From Eledone cirrhosa (Eukaryota): a stretch of DNA of 64,000 nt. The stretch lies in contig OZ024746.1 in assembly GCA_964016885.1 (NCBI GenBank), forward strand, positions 71,176,001-71,240,000, given 5' to 3'. How positions within the stretch are numbered: position 1 is the first letter of the stretch; every line of letters begins with the position of its first letter. The notes below the pieces were generated by a model. That model saw nothing but the letters and a program-made list of their open reading frames with translations. It made no database searches and was not told the DNA's origin. Below, in pieces: positions 1 through 17,049 of the stretch. Both the position numbers and the translations under genes were made by a program.

Positions 1-199
1 CAGGTTTTAGATGATGCTATATGTGTGCGTGCATATATACTTAGACACACATACACACATACACGAAAACGAATACACACCCCCACACCCCCACACCCCG
101 ACACACACACATATATATATATATATAAATAGTGACATATGTGCATATACGACAACGAATGACATATGCACACATACATACGTATACAAACATGTACAT

Positions 200-925
200 T
201 TCTTGTGACACTAAACTTCGCCAGTTGCCGAATGCGCATCAACATGAGATATTTTTCTCCAGAAAGTTCGATCGCCAACAGCAGAGTTTAAATATCAAGT
301 CCAGTCCATAGGTTGACATTATCAAGTCATCGTTTTGGCTGCCGGCCTCTGCTTCTCTTACTAGCCAAGCTTCCTTCCAGGCATAACCTACTCACACCAC
401 GAGTTGATCTTTTTATATGGCTGTATAGTTTGAGTACTCTTGACTTGACAATTGATGTAATTGGTCTAAGTCTGGTAATGTTGAACAGCTCATTGATACA
501 GATACGGTCGCTGAGCCGCTTGCCAGTCATGTCTCATGATGTGGTTCTGGAATGTAGAGAGCTTCATAAGTGACCTTGTTGTCCAATTAATACAGTCAAG
601 ACCATATAACACAACTGGTAGGATGTAAGTATCAAAGATCTTAGCCTTCAAATGATAGGACACTCGTTTTGATTTTAGTACTTCCTTGTTCTTGTTGAAA
701 GCTGCCCGACCTAGAGTGATGCGATACTGCGCAGCATCCATTCCATAGTTGTTTGATGATAGTTTGTGACCGAGGTATACAAACTCCGTAACTTGAGCAA
801 TTTGCTGGTTGTAGATTGTGAGTTGGAGATTAGCATTGTTTTTATCAGTTGTCATACACTTTGTTTTGGAGATGTTGATGTGTAAGCCAGCCTCCAGTAA
901 ATGTTTGGCCAGTACATTCAGATAC
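200..925 (-). mobile_element. 5'-truncated, degenerate RTE-like non-LTR retrotransposon (RT C-terminus)
   Basis: ORF 490..927 has GLHINISKTKCM, EFVYLG and ILPVVLYG, typical of the RT thumb/C-terminus of RTE-type LINEs. It continues frameshifted in 327..530 (LKLYSHIKR). Confidence 0.8.
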
Positions 926-1010
926 ACAAATATATATACTTATGTATATCTGCCAGATGAACTACCGAACTGAAACTCCGAAGTCGCTGTCATTTTTCTA
1001 CTTAAAAACG

Positions 1011-1127
1011 ATTCTGATGAAATGACAGTTGATAATAACATTGAAATATTGAATGTCTGCATAACTAATACTTTGTAGATAGCAGCTGTTTTCAGGTTAT
1101 GTAACTGTTATTGAAACACGTGTCAAT
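1011..1127 (+). ncRNA. Type I hammerhead ribozyme with long stem II
   Basis: ATT-CTGATGA-AATGACAGTT...AACTGTTATT-GAAAC-ACGT-GTC-AAT. Stem I ATT/AAT, 10-bp stem II base, minimal stem III with palindromic ACGT loop, GUC site. A degenerate second core (CAGATGA..GAAACT..AGTC) lies at about 952-987. Confidence 0.75.
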
Positions 1128-1163
1128 AAATTCCTTTTAACTGAACTGTATCCAGTTAAATCC

Positions 1164-1505
<342 letters not shown>

Positions 1506-1962
1506 AGAAAGAGAGACACTAGTGTTTCAGGATCTTTTGTTGAGGAAACCCCGACTATATCTATCCGGTAGCATATATCCACCTCCACTGACCTCCAACA
1601 TAGAACACAGCAGCATAGTTAACCCGGGGAAAACATGATTCTCCCGCCTATGCCACATCTACCGAGGCAACGAAACTATGGAAATGGCAGTATTCCATTG
1701 GTGCAAATTGGTGTTATACCCCAATAGCTGCAGGCCCAATGTCTATAGCATACCAAGAATTCAGAGTCCCGGGCCTGGAGTGGCTGGAGAGATAGAATGA
1801 CAGATGAAAAGATCGAAAAATGGAGATCCGTATGTAATGGGTTATCGTTAAAAAAAAAGAGAGAAAAAACCGTTTGTACAACACAAGTGCCACTCTCTAA
1901 GTCTCAGTGATTATTAACTGATGACAAACCTAAGCAAGATTACCTATAATCACGTAAACTAC

Positions 1963-1993
<31 letters not shown>

Positions 1994-2030
1994 TGTATGT
2001 ATGTATGTATGTATGTATGTATGTATGTAT

Positions 2031-2360
2031 GTCAACATCATGATGTTGACTTGTTCTTCTTTTTGGTAAATATCATCTTGGTTAAGAGAGTGGGACTGGC
2101 TTTGTGCAGTGCCTTTGCTCACTATAAAAGCTTCACGGCACAGACATTGCTTTGTATCTGCAGATCTCTCTGCACTTGTCATCACATGGTACCATGGGCC
2201 CAGCATTATGTGTCAGTGGTTGTCACAGGTGTAGTGTTTGTACCAGAGTTTTCAAGTCGCTGGCTGCCTAAAAAGTCACACTTGTTCAGCGCATCGGTAG
2301 GGGTTCTCCTACATGGATATAAAGTAGTGGCCGTACTCGAAAACGAGTTGGCAGCCACCA
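2031..2360 (+). mobile_element. 5'-truncated copy of a non-coding (TATG)n-flanked retroelement
   Basis: Near-identical to 3897-4215 with the same 3' end GGCAGCCACC+(ATGT)n. The 5' junction is the palindrome GTCAACATCATGATGTTGAC. Confidence 0.7.
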
Positions 2361-2448
2361 TCTATGTATGTATGTATGTATGTATGTATGTATGTATGTA
2401 TGTATGTATGTATGTATGTATGTATGTATGTATGTATGTATGTATGTA

Positions 2449-3053
2449 CTTCTGGTTTTATAATTTCACAAATTTTTACAAATAGAGAGTCAGTTTCTAA
2501 CATAGACACAAGACTCTCTCTTTGGAATTTACACAACATCAACTAGGTATGTCTGCATGCATGCATGTGTATGCAGGTATGAATATTATTGTATGTGTCG
2601 ATGTGTATGTTTTGACTTGTATATGTGCATGGGCATATGCTTTGTTTATATGCAGTTATTAGATGCAGAATTTTGGAATGTTTTACATATTTTTACTGTT
2701 TCATTAATGGATTGTACTTGTAATTTCCTAACTAGTTGTGTTCTTTCTGTTTCTGTGAAGCCCAACTTCTCAAGATTTGTATTGAGGCAGTTACCAACAT
2801 ACCCCAGAGCCCCAATAATCACAGGCATAAATCTGAAGGTATAGTCAGGGTGGAGTATCTTCAGATTTCTCATCAGTTCTGCATAAATATTCTCCTTTTC
2901 GCAAATCTTTGATGTTATATTGGCGTCTGCTGGACAGCTAACTTCCACTACTGTGCATGCCTTCTTTTCCCTGTCCCATATCATAATATCTGGTCTGTTA
3001 TGCCTGCATTTTATTGGTATTTTTACTGGAACATTCCACCAGTACTCTTTCAT
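2449..3053 (-). mobile_element. 3' end of an RLE-type (R4/Dong-like) non-LTR retrotransposon: restriction-like endonuclease plus 3'UTR
   Basis: ORF 2646..3053 has WWN..HNRPDIMIWDR..VEVSCP..K..Y..L..PVIIGALG, the PD-(D/E)xK RLE signature. Flanked by (TATG)n on both sides. Confidence 0.85.
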
Positions 3054-3056
3054 ATG

Positions 3057-3088
<32 letters not shown>

Positions 3089-3142
3089 TGTATGTATGTA
3101 TGTATGTATGTATGTATGTATGTATGTATGTATGTATGTATG

Positions 3143-3457
3143 TTCTTCTGGTTTTATAATTTCACAAAGTTTTACCAATAGAGAGAGAGTCGGTTTCTAA
3201 CATAGACACATGACTCTCTCATTGGAATTTACACAACATTAACTAGGTAGATATGTATGTATGCATGCATGTGTAGATATGGGTGTTATTGTATGTGTGG
3301 ATGTGTATGTTTTGAGTTGTATGTGTGCATGTGTATATGCTTAGTATCTGTACATGTGTATATGCAGTTATTAGATGCAAAATTTTTGGAATGTTTTACA
3401 TATTTTTACTGTTCCATTAATGGATTGTACTTGTAATTTCCTAACTAGTTGTGTTCT
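3143..3457 (-). mobile_element. Second, shorter 3' fragment of the same RLE LINE
   Basis: Aligns with 2449-2745 (TTCTGGTTTTATAATTTCACAAA...CTAACTAGTTGTGTTCT); (TATG)n on both sides. Confidence 0.85.
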
Positions 3458-3607
3458 ATGTATGTATGTATGTATGTATGTATGTATGTATGTATGTATG
3501 TATGTATGTATGTATGTATGTATGTATGTATGCATGCATGCATGTATGTATGTATGTATGTATGTATGTATGTATGTATGTATGTATGTATGTATGTATG
3601 TATGTGT

Positions 3608-4215
3608 GTCAGGTCACCAGTTGGTGTTACTGGTAAAATGTATTCAAGTACAACCTGTCTCATGGTCGGGTCGTTGGCGACTAAACTGGCAACCCCACCA
3701 AGGTTTCTTGGTGAGGAGGGTGACTTTGGACATCCTGCAGGACTAAAAACAAAAACCTGTCAAAGGGCAAAGGAGCTCTTAAGAGTCAATGGCCATCCAA
3801 TATCACCGGGAGAGATGACCCCTTAGCCTTTGTCAAGGCATAATTCTAGGAGAAGGAAAACTCTGATATAACACCTGCAACCCTGATGGTATCCAATGAT
3901 GTTGACTTGTTCTTCTTTTTGGTAAATATCATCTTGGTTAAGAGAGTGGGACTGGCTTTGTGCAGTGCCTTTGCTCACTATAAAAGCTTCACGGCACAGG
4001 CATTGCTTTATATCTGGAGATCTCTCTGCACTTGTCGTCTCATGGTACCATGGGCCCATCACTATGTGTCAATAATTGTCACAAGTGTAGTGTTTGTACC
4101 AGAGTTTTCAAGTCGCTGGCTGGACTAAAAAGTCACACTCGTTCAGCGCATCGGTAGGGGTTCTCCTACATGGATATAAAGTAGTGGCCGTACTCGAAAA
4201 CGAGTGGCAGCCACC
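3608..4215 (+). mobile_element. About 600-bp non-autonomous (SINE-like) retroelement, possibly RTE-related
   Basis: Longer copy of 2031-2360. Contains TCTAGGAGAAGGAAAACTCTGA, which resembles RTE-type 5'UTR sequence (from recall, not a search). Ends in (ATGT)n. Confidence 0.55.
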
Positions 4216-4893
4216 ATGTATGTATGTATGTATGTATTTATATGTGCTTGTGTGCGTGTGTGTGTGTGCATGTGTGTGTGTGTTCGTGGACGCACATTGG
4301 GCGAATGGCTAAGAAATCTACTTTTCAGCTATAAAACTCTGGACTCAACTGGGTTGCATCATGGCCAAGATGCTTTTACTCTCCTATTGTGAGTGAATTT
4401 GCGTAGATGGAAAATTTTTGGAAGACCGTCTAATGTACTATACCTGTAATTCAACGGGGTCCATCCGAAAAGTATCTTAAAGGTACACGGGTCTGTTGAA
4501 TAATCAACTATTTAAACATTAATATCAGAAGCAGGTTGTTTCGTTGATCGAGCAGCTAGAACACTCATTGGTGAAAGTGATTCAAGTCCACTTAACAACA
4601 GACTCTGAGTAATGAAGAAACGATAAAGTTTGAAGATACGAACGTATGGTTGAAGAAACTTGCTCAAGGTACCAGGCCTTGGGATCGAACTATACACATA
4701 TGGGAACATATGATTGATTACACCCCCCTCACACACACACAAGGATGCATGCACACACATATATGTGTGTATGCATGTGTATGGCTGTTTTCATCTCATA
4801 CTCTACTTCATTCTAACCTTTAAATGTTTGTATGTATGTATGTATCTGTGTGTTTGTATAAATGCATGTATGTATATATGTATATATGTGTGC

Positions 4894-4950
<57 letters not shown>

Positions 4951-4958
4951 GATATATT

Positions 4959-4994
<36 letters not shown>

Positions 4995-5497
4995 TTTACA
5001 GACGCACAAACACAAACACATATAGATACACACACACACATACATACATACATACATACATACATACCTACATACATACATACATACATACATACATACA
5101 TACATACATACATACATACATAGACATTGACATAGAGACATAGACACATACATACATACATACATACATACATAGACATTGACATAGAGACCTAGACATA
5201 AACATATGCACGAGCTCTCAGCGTGTACAAATTAAACAAAATTTGTCCAGATTGATTTGAAATTTGAAGTTTATAATCCCTAGCTGCCGTAACTTTAATG
5301 GCAGACACCCGACTGAGACATTGCTATTTTACGGCTGGGGTGTCGTACTTAAGCCGGATTTAACGATGCACCCTACTATACTACGGCCGACAATCCGTTA
5401 CCACTTCGGCTTCAAGCAAGATGATGTTGCCTTTCGGTGTTAAGCTAATTTACGTAACCTTCTAATTCTCTTTCTTTCTCTAATTCTCTCTCTTTTT

Positions 5498-5546
<49 letters not shown>

Positions 5547-5645
5547 AATTCCATCTGTGATAACATTTTACACGTTTTTATTGTATGTAAACTTCCCCCT
5601 TTGTATTTGTCCCCTTCTTTTGTGCCCCTGTGGCTAATAAAGAAA
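5547..5645 (+). mobile_element. Tx1-like LINE 3'UTR fragment
   Basis: Matches 11324-11421 (ends CCCCTGTGGCTAATAAAGAAA); (TATC)n on both sides. Confidence 0.85.
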
Positions 5646-5647
5646 TA

Positions 5648-5706
<59 letters not shown>

Positions 5707-5869
5707 TTATCTATCTATCTTGCTGTTTACCTTGCTGTTTCTCTCTCTCTCTCCCCCCCTCTCTCTCTCTCTCTCTCCCTCTCTCTCCCCCCCCTCTCTC
5801 TCTATATATATATATATTATATATATATATATGTGAAGACTAATATATATATATATTTATCGAGGTTAC

Positions 5870-9964
<4,095 letters not shown>

Positions 9965-9989
9965 CATGATAAAGAGATATAGGGGAAGA

Positions 9990-10150
9990 ATCTACCTCAG
10001 TACTGGACTGGTACTTTTTTTTATCAACCTCGAATGGATGAAAGGCAAAGTTGACCTCGGTGAGATTTGAACTCAGAGAGCACGAAGATCAAGAACGAAT
10101 ACCGCAAAGCGTTTTATCCGATGTTCTAACGACTCAACCAATTCTCCGCA
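9990..10150 (-). mobile_element. tRNA-derived SINE (Meta-SINE-like core)
   Basis: Reverse complement has B box GAGTTCAAATC followed by CGAGGTCAACTTTGCCTTTCATCC..GATAAA..AGTACCAG. Confidence 0.7.
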
Positions 10151-10328
10151 TGAGCAACCGTTAAGAACGGTCAACACGTTAATCTCCTTTCAACGTTAAA
10201 CTAATATTATAAACGTTTTGTTTATCCCTTATTCGTTTGTTTTGTTCCCATCTCTCCATCTGAGTATCTGTCTATCGATCTAACTATCTATCAATCAATC
10301 AATCTATCTACCTGCCTACCCACCAATT

Positions 10329-10391
<63 letters not shown>

Positions 10392-10462
10392 CTGTATGTA
10401 AAATCCCCGGCATGTCTTTGTATTGTCCCCTTTCTTGTTGCACCCTTGTGGCTAATAAAGAA

Positions 10463-10540
<78 letters not shown>

Positions 10541-11423
10541 TCGTCATTCTATAGAGAGTTGATCTGCAGCAAGTGCGACGACGCGCTCAGTGAAACTCTA
10601 GGCGTAGACGAAGATGAACTGGCCAGTCTGTTCGGTAGGACCTTCCGCCCGGGACCGATGGACAACTTCCAAAAGTCCCTGGCCTGGCAGTGCTACCGAG
10701 GAGCTCTACCAGTTCGAGACAAGCTCTACAGACATGGGCCCCCGGGCAGGGACCCTGCAAAAAATATCTGTCCGAGGTGCGTGCGAGGCGAAGAAACCGT
10801 CGCGCACACATTCAAACACTGCCCGGGCGTCACTGACCTGTGGGGATATGTAGAACGACTATTGTCGCGGGTGGGACCAATCCAGTTGACCACCGAGTCC
10901 ATTGTCATGATCAAACCGCCACCCTCCTTCATAAACGAAGGAGAGGCGGTTTTCCTTTGTGTGATAGCTATGGCGAAAGAGGTTGTATGGTGGACAAGGT
11001 TGAAAGGGCTGAGGTCAGACACCTTTCTCTCCGGCCAACAACTGTTTCTTTTTTTCAAATACCACTCTGGAAGAAGAATCAGAATGGAGAGAGTGGTCCT
11101 GTACCGCAGCAAGTTTTATGAAAGGTGGGTGAAAGTGGCGAGAATGGCCCGAGTGAATGGGCATTCTCTCTATATCAGCCTGTAGATTGAGGAAAAGGAG
11201 GAGGAGAGGAAAGGAGTACAAGCTCTTCGTACTCCTGGAGATGAGGGTTGCACATTTTTTCGGGGGTATGTGTTACCCATATAAACTGTCTCCCTCTATT
11301 GGGGAAAATCGACTAACTTTTAAATTCCATCTGTGATAACATTTTACACGTTTTTATTGTATGTAAACTTCCCCCTTTGTATTTGTCCCCTTCTTTTGTG
11401 CCCCTGTGGCTAATAAAGAAATA

Positions 11424-11469
<46 letters not shown>

Positions 11470-11541
11470 CTGTATGTAAAATCCCCGGCATGTCTTTGTA
11501 TTGTCCCCTTTCTTGTTGCACCCTTGTGGCTAATAAAGAAA
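10392..11541 (+). mobile_element. Three truncated Tx1-like LINE 3' ends in tandem (10392-10462, 10541-11421, 11470-11541) separated by (TATC)n
   Basis: ORF 10412..11185 encodes the ORF2 C-terminal CCHC zinc region (CPRC..EETVAH..HC). All three end in GTGGCTAATAAAGAAA. Confidence 0.9.
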
Positions 11542-11778
11542 TCTATTTATCTATCTATCTATCTATCTATCTATCTTGATAGAGTAAGACACGCTTCGCA
11601 TCGGCTCCGCTATTCCATCGGGATTTACCCTTACTATTGTAAGTACCGGATAAATTTTTTAGTGCAACACATTTGGAACACTAACCCCTGTTATTTAGGG
11701 AAACATTTTTGCATTTACCCCCTTTTTAGGGGGTAAAATAAATATCTATTTTTGCCGAAAAATTTCTTTCTTGGCAGC

Positions 11779-13614
11779 ATGGCGGAAAAGATGGCAGACA
11801 TGTCTGCCATTAGCTCTGCCACGCCCCCCAAGTCTGAAGAACAAAAAATAATTACAACAAAATTAGACATTGAAACAAACAAACAAAATGAAAAAACAAA
11901 TGTTAAGGAAAATGAGCAAACAGAAAACAAACAAACAGAAAATAATACAAATAACGACAGGGCAACTTTCGCCCAGAAAACAAAGCAATCCATTACATAC
12001 ACACCAATTGACCTAACTGCCGCCAGAGAAAAACTGGCCGAAGCAAAGAAACATATTGTTTTGGGGGAAAACGGAATGTTTTCCATTAACTCCCCCCCAG
12101 AATTCAAGAAAGCCAGAGCAGAAAACACAGTTATATACAGAACTATACTAAACCAGTCAAGAAAGCCAGCACAGCCCAGCCAAATGGAAATAGAGTTAGT
12201 CCTAAAAGACTATATGAAGAATATTCTCTTCATACGAAAGGACCGACTCTATGGCAGCATTTCGGTCCTAACAAGAGACAAAGAAACGGCGGTTCAGCTT
12301 TCCCTAAGCCCACTCTCGTCGACAACATATAGCTTCTATCCCTCCTACATGGGTAGAAGAACACAGAGGGTAAAAGTAAAAACAATGCTGCCCACAATGG
12401 ACTTCTGGTGGGCTATTGCTGGCTTCATTGATATGGGCGAAGACACTATGCTGTCAATGGGGAAGGCAACTGGAGATGCGTTCCTGGGAATGGGCCTCGA
12501 CATACTAGTCCAAATGAGGCCCGAAAGAATAGCACAAATCCCGGATCGCATCTGGCTGGATGACCTTACCCCAATAGACATAATTGTAGAGGGGAGAAGA
12601 CCAGCATGCTATTTATGCATGGAAAGGGGACACGTTAAGGCTAACTGCCCGAAACGTATCCCCCAAAAAGGACTATTGCCCACACCCACCACAAACAGTA
12701 CACCAGCACCACCCACCTCCAAAAATACACTAATACCACACACAGCAAACAAAATACAGACACCACCAACCACAAACACAACACAAACATCACCACCACC
12801 AGCACCAAACACAAGCACGACACAAAAATCACCACCACCAACCACAACACAAACATCACCACCACCATTACCAACCACAAGCACGACACAAACATTACCA
12901 CCACCACCACCACAAAACCCATTCCAAACAAATAATAAAAAAAACAGTAACAAATCTACCCCTCCCGCAAAAAAAAAACAACCACACAACACGTCCCTCC
13001 CACCTAGCGCTGAAGAGTTTCCCCCAACTTCTGAAGAAGAAGGAGGAGAAGCCTTCAGACAAGTTAAAAGAAAAAAAAGAAAACACACACCCAGCACACC
13101 ACAAATAACCCACACACAAACACCAACTCCAATCAAAAACACCCCACCCTCAACAAACAAAAATAAATCTGCGCCTCCCCTCTCCGAAACATTGACAGCA
13201 TCACAAAAAAAGACGTTGCAATACACATATATAAATAAAGAAAACAAAAAACTGGTTAAATTAATAAACAATAACCCTATGGTGCAGACCGAAGGGCCAA
13301 ACTTTATCTCAACAGAGAACTTCACCCATTTAAAAATGATAAAGGTCCCTCTGGACCTTTATCGTTCCTTAAAAGAACAATTTAGACGGGACGTGAGCCC
13401 CCCCTGTTTAAAACCGTTGAATCGCGTCCTCTTGAAAGATTTCCCCATAACCGCCCCTCTCCCTGACACAACTCCAAATACCCCAACCCCACCACACACG
13501 TGTACCCCCACACCACCACAAAACATCCCTCCACCCAACACACCTGATGCCATGGAAATTACGCAACCCGGAGAGGTAAGTGCTTTTCTTTCTTCACTTT
13601 CAACACCAAAATAG
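11779..13614 (+). CDS. LINE ORF1 (gag-like, zinc knuckle, Pro/Thr-rich linker)
   Basis: Open frame of about 611 aa from ATG 11779. EGRRPACYLCMERGHVKANCP is a CX2CX4HX4C knuckle; basic KRKKRK patch. Confidence 0.85.
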   Translation: MAEKMADMSAISSATPPKSEEQKIITTKLDIETNKQNEKTNVKENEQTENKQTENNTNNDRATFAQKTKQSITYTPIDLTAAREKLAEAKKHIVLGENGMFSINSPPEFKKARAENTVIYRTILNQSRKPAQPSQMEIELVLKDYMKNILFIRKDRLYGSISVLTRDKETAVQLSLSPLSSTTYSFYPSYMGRRTQRVKVKTMLPTMDFWWAIAGFIDMGEDTMLSMGKATGDAFLGMGLDILVQMRPERIAQIPDRIWLDDLTPIDIIVEGRRPACYLCMERGHVKANCPKRIPQKGLLPTPTTNSTPAPPTSKNTLIPHTANKIQTPPTTNTTQTSPPPAPNTSTTQKSPPPTTTQTSPPPLPTTSTTQTLPPPPPQNPFQTNNKKNSNKSTPPAKKKQPHNTSLPPSAEEFPPTSEEEGGEAFRQVKRKKRKHTPSTPQITHTQTPTPIKNTPPSTNKNKSAPPLSETLTASQKKTLQYTYINKENKKLVKLINNNPMVQTEGPNFISTENFTHLKMIKVPLDLYRSLKEQFRRDVSPPCLKPLNRVLLKDFPITAPLPDTTPNTPTPPHTCTPTPPQNIPPPNTPDAMEITQPGEVSAFLSSLSTPK

Positions 13615-16600
13615 ATCAATTGAGAGTTGGCTGTTTGAACGCGCGTGGCCTGAGCTCAGCTTGGAAGCAAGCAAAGCTTCTAAGTGACCTCAGGTCACAA
13701 AGTATAGATGTGATGGTTGTTTGCGAGAGTCGGATCAGCAGCGTGAGACAGCTGGCGCCCGCCTTCGATGACTTTGAGATGCACGCATCTCTCTGTCAAC
13801 CCGGAGGCGGGGGGGGGAGTTGCCGTACTGCTGGATAAACGTCTGACTCTCGACGTACAGATTGTTCACTCGGACCCGGGGGGTCGATTACTGGTGCTGG
13901 ACGTCGGAGGTGGTGAAGGCGGGGCTTTCAGACTGATCGGTCTTTATGCTCCCTTCGGGGCGGAGAGAGCCGACTTCTTCCAACGTCTGGAGACTTTTCT
14001 AGGAACGTCGCGTTCCCTGCTTTTAGTGGGGGACTGGAATGGAATCCTAGATGCGCGTTGGGACTATGCAGGGGCATGTCCCGATAGAGGGGGGTGTAGC
14101 AGCCTCAAGGGGTTACTCGATCGATTCGACCTGGTCGATAGATTTCGACTAGATTGTCCAACTGCGCCAACCTGGACCTGGGCAAACCGCAGTGGACAAT
14201 CTAGATCGTACCTAGATAGGTTTTTGGTTAGGAGTAAGGATAGGGACGTATTTAGTTGTCCAGAACTGATCATGGTTGGCTATTCAGATCACAAATTAGT
14301 GACCTGCGTGGTCAACCTTGATAGAACGCATAGACAGGGTCCCGGTTACTGGAAGATGAACTTGTCCTTACCGACAAAGAAAGATTACAGAAACCGGATT
14401 AGTAGCTTAGTTAAGATGCGGTTGACGGGAGCGATCGTCAACAGTAGGTGGTGGATATCTCTAAAGAGAGAGATTAGAGTAAGTTCGATAGGTTACAGTA
14501 AGGAACTAGCGGCGAATAGAAATAGGAGGGAAAGGGAGTTAACAGATAAACTAGAAGAGGCGATTAGGAGCGGAGACGTAGCCAGAGTGTTAGCGACGAG
14601 AACGGCATTGAGCCAGTTCTTTGACGCGAAGCACGAAGGCTGCGTTGTCCGAAGTAAAATACGTGCTTTAGGAAACGAGGGGACCAAAGCTGTTAGCTGG
14701 GCCCGCGTGACAGAAGCCAAGAGTGGGATTAAATCCACCATTCGGTCTTTGCGAGACCAGGATGGACGGGTGATCCTTGAACCTGAGCGAATGTGCGAGA
14801 CCTTTCAAAGGCACTTTGCTCGACTGTTCGGAGGTGGCGGGGGGCCGGACGGGGATGTGGACTTCGGTCCATACCTCGACGGTCTACCGCGTCTTTCGAG
14901 CGGCGAAGCGGAGTGCTGCGAAGGGCCAATCACAGCCACTGAAATCGGGGAAGCGCTCAGCCAATGCAGCAGACGCAAATCCCCGGGTCTCGATGGTCTA
15001 CCATACGAACTTTATTTAGCTATGCCGGTCTTGTTCTCCGAACTCCTCGAGGCTGTCTATTGCAACTGGCAACAGAACGGGAGAATTCCCTGTTCTGTGA
15101 CCAAGGGCGTGGTCACGCTAGTGAGGAAGGACGAGAGCAAGGGGGACGACTTAAGTAACTTTAGGCCCATAACTCTGCTGAATGCAGAGTTACAGATTTT
15201 GGCCAAGGTGTTGGCGAAGAGGTTGGCGCTTGTGGTGGGTGGTTTGGTGGGAGACGCGCAGACATGCGCTATCCCGTCCAGGTCCATTCACGACAACCTC
15301 CACCTCATGCGATACATCATAGAGAGGGTTGGCTACGAACCCGGCTTTGGTGGGGCCCTGATCAACTTGGATCAATCTAAAGCGTTCGATAGGGTCGACC
15401 ATGGTTACCTGGATGCGGTGCTAGCGGCGGCGGGCTTCGGACCCGTTTTCAGGGGCTGGATTTCTGCCATGCACAGTGGCAACATCTACTCTAGGATTAA
15501 AGTAAACGGCTACCTCTCGGAGCCGTTTCAAATCACCCGATCCATCAGACAGGGGTGCCCCCTCTCCTCCCTTCTGTACGTATTGACTCTCGAGCCACTG
15601 CTGCGGAAGTTGGAGTTGCTGCGGGGCATACCCCTGGAACCGGGATTGCACAAAGCGGTCTCGGCCTATGCCGACGACGTAACAGTAATGGTGGCGGACG
15701 CCTCGGAAATCGGGGCGATCGCCACCCTACTGGAGGAATACGAAAGGCTGACGGGGGCTAAGCTGAACCAGGACAAGTCAGTCGGTTTGCAACTCGGAAC
15801 GTGGAGGGGCAAACCGATGCCGTTAGACGGTGTCGTCGGGCGGTGGACGGAGGGCCCGGTGAAGCTGCTCGGGGTCTGGTTCGGACCGGACCTCCAGGTG
15901 GAGAAGAATTGGGGCGAGGTGACGAGCAGGGTGTTTGCGCTGACCCAGAAGTGGGCCAAGTGCAAACTATCACTGAAAGGTCGGGCGGAGGTGACGAACG
16001 CTTACATAGCGTCCGTCATCTACTACCGCCTGACCGTCGTGCCTTGCCCCAAGGAAAAGCTTACCATCATGGAACGCATGCTCTTCCAGTTCCTCTGGAA
16101 GAAGCGGCCTCCCATGGTGAGGAGATCCATCTGCTGCCAGCACCCTTCGAAAGGAGGGCTGGGTATGCCGTGGCTGTTGATGCGTAGGCACGCATTGAGG
16201 CTACGGCATCTACAGGTATTCCTCAACGGTCAGCCGGTGTGGGCCCCGTTTGTGAGGCGAGCCTTCCCACAGCTCGTCTCGCTCACCGAACTGCAATCCT
16301 GGGTGAAGCAAAGACCGAGAAAACTGGGCAACTGGCACACTGAGTGTGCCCAGGCGCTCACGGCTATCTGGCAAGCGGACCTGACTGTCAGTGGAGAATC
16401 CACCTCGACATTCTATAGAGGGTTGGTGGCTAGCAGGGGCGACGACACCCTTGGAGAGTCGCTAGGCATGGAGGAGGACGAACTGGCCAGCCTGTTCGGT
16501 AGAACTTTCGGCCCGGGACCCATGGACAACTTCCAGAGGTCCCTAGCCTGGCAGTGTTACCGGGGGGCTCTGCCCGTTCGAGAAAAGCTCTACAGACACG

Positions 16601-17049
16601 GGCGCCCGGGCAGGGATCCCGCGAAAAAGATCTGTCCCAGATGCGTGCGCGACGAGGAAACCGTTGCGCATGCACTGGTACACTGCCCGGGCGTTGCCGA
16701 TCTGTGGGGCTACGTCGAACGACTGCTGTCGCGTGTGGCGCCGATTCGATTAACCGCCGAGTCTGTGGTGAACATCAAGCCGCCTCCTCCCTTCAGAAAT
16801 GAAGCAGAGGCGGTCTTTCTGTGCGTAATAGCCATGATGAAAGAGGTTGTGTGGTGGACGCGCCTGAAAGGTCTGAGGTCGGGTGACTTTCTCTCCGGCC
16901 ATCACCTGGTTTACTTCTTCCGATACCACTTCGGAAGAAGAATCAGGATGGAGAGAGAAGTGCTTGGTCCCAGACAGTTTTATGAAAGGTGGGTGAAAGA
17001 AGCGAGAATGGCCCGTGTAAATGGGCCTTCTCTCTACATTGTTCTGTAG
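13611..17049 (+). CDS. LINE ORF2 (APE endonuclease + reverse transcriptase + C-terminal CCHC) with one +1 frameshift in the G9 run at 13809-13817
   Basis: LNARGL..E (13620..13838 frame), then GVAVL, LYAP, GDWN, SYLDRF, SDH, PGYWK, KSPGLDG, FRPITLLN, DQSKAFD, RQGCPLS, AYADD, GGLG and CPRC..ETVAH..C (13768..17049 frame). Confidence 0.92.

Noticed and set aside
1525-1800. Possible degenerate Penelope RT (APAYA-like) fragment
   Set aside because: Only a few codons resemble the motif.
3608-3720. HDV-like ribozyme at the 5' end of the SINE-like element
   Set aside because: A CTAA-ACTGG/CCAGT pairing exists, but I could not assemble P1/P3/P1.1 by eye.
5283-5460. Possible host exon in unique sequence
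   Set aside because: Short open frame with no recognisable protein and no convincing splice donor; needs RNA-seq.
13576-13614. 39-nt intron fusing ORF1 to ORF2
   Set aside because: Removing it keeps the ORF1 frame and reaches TGA two codons later.
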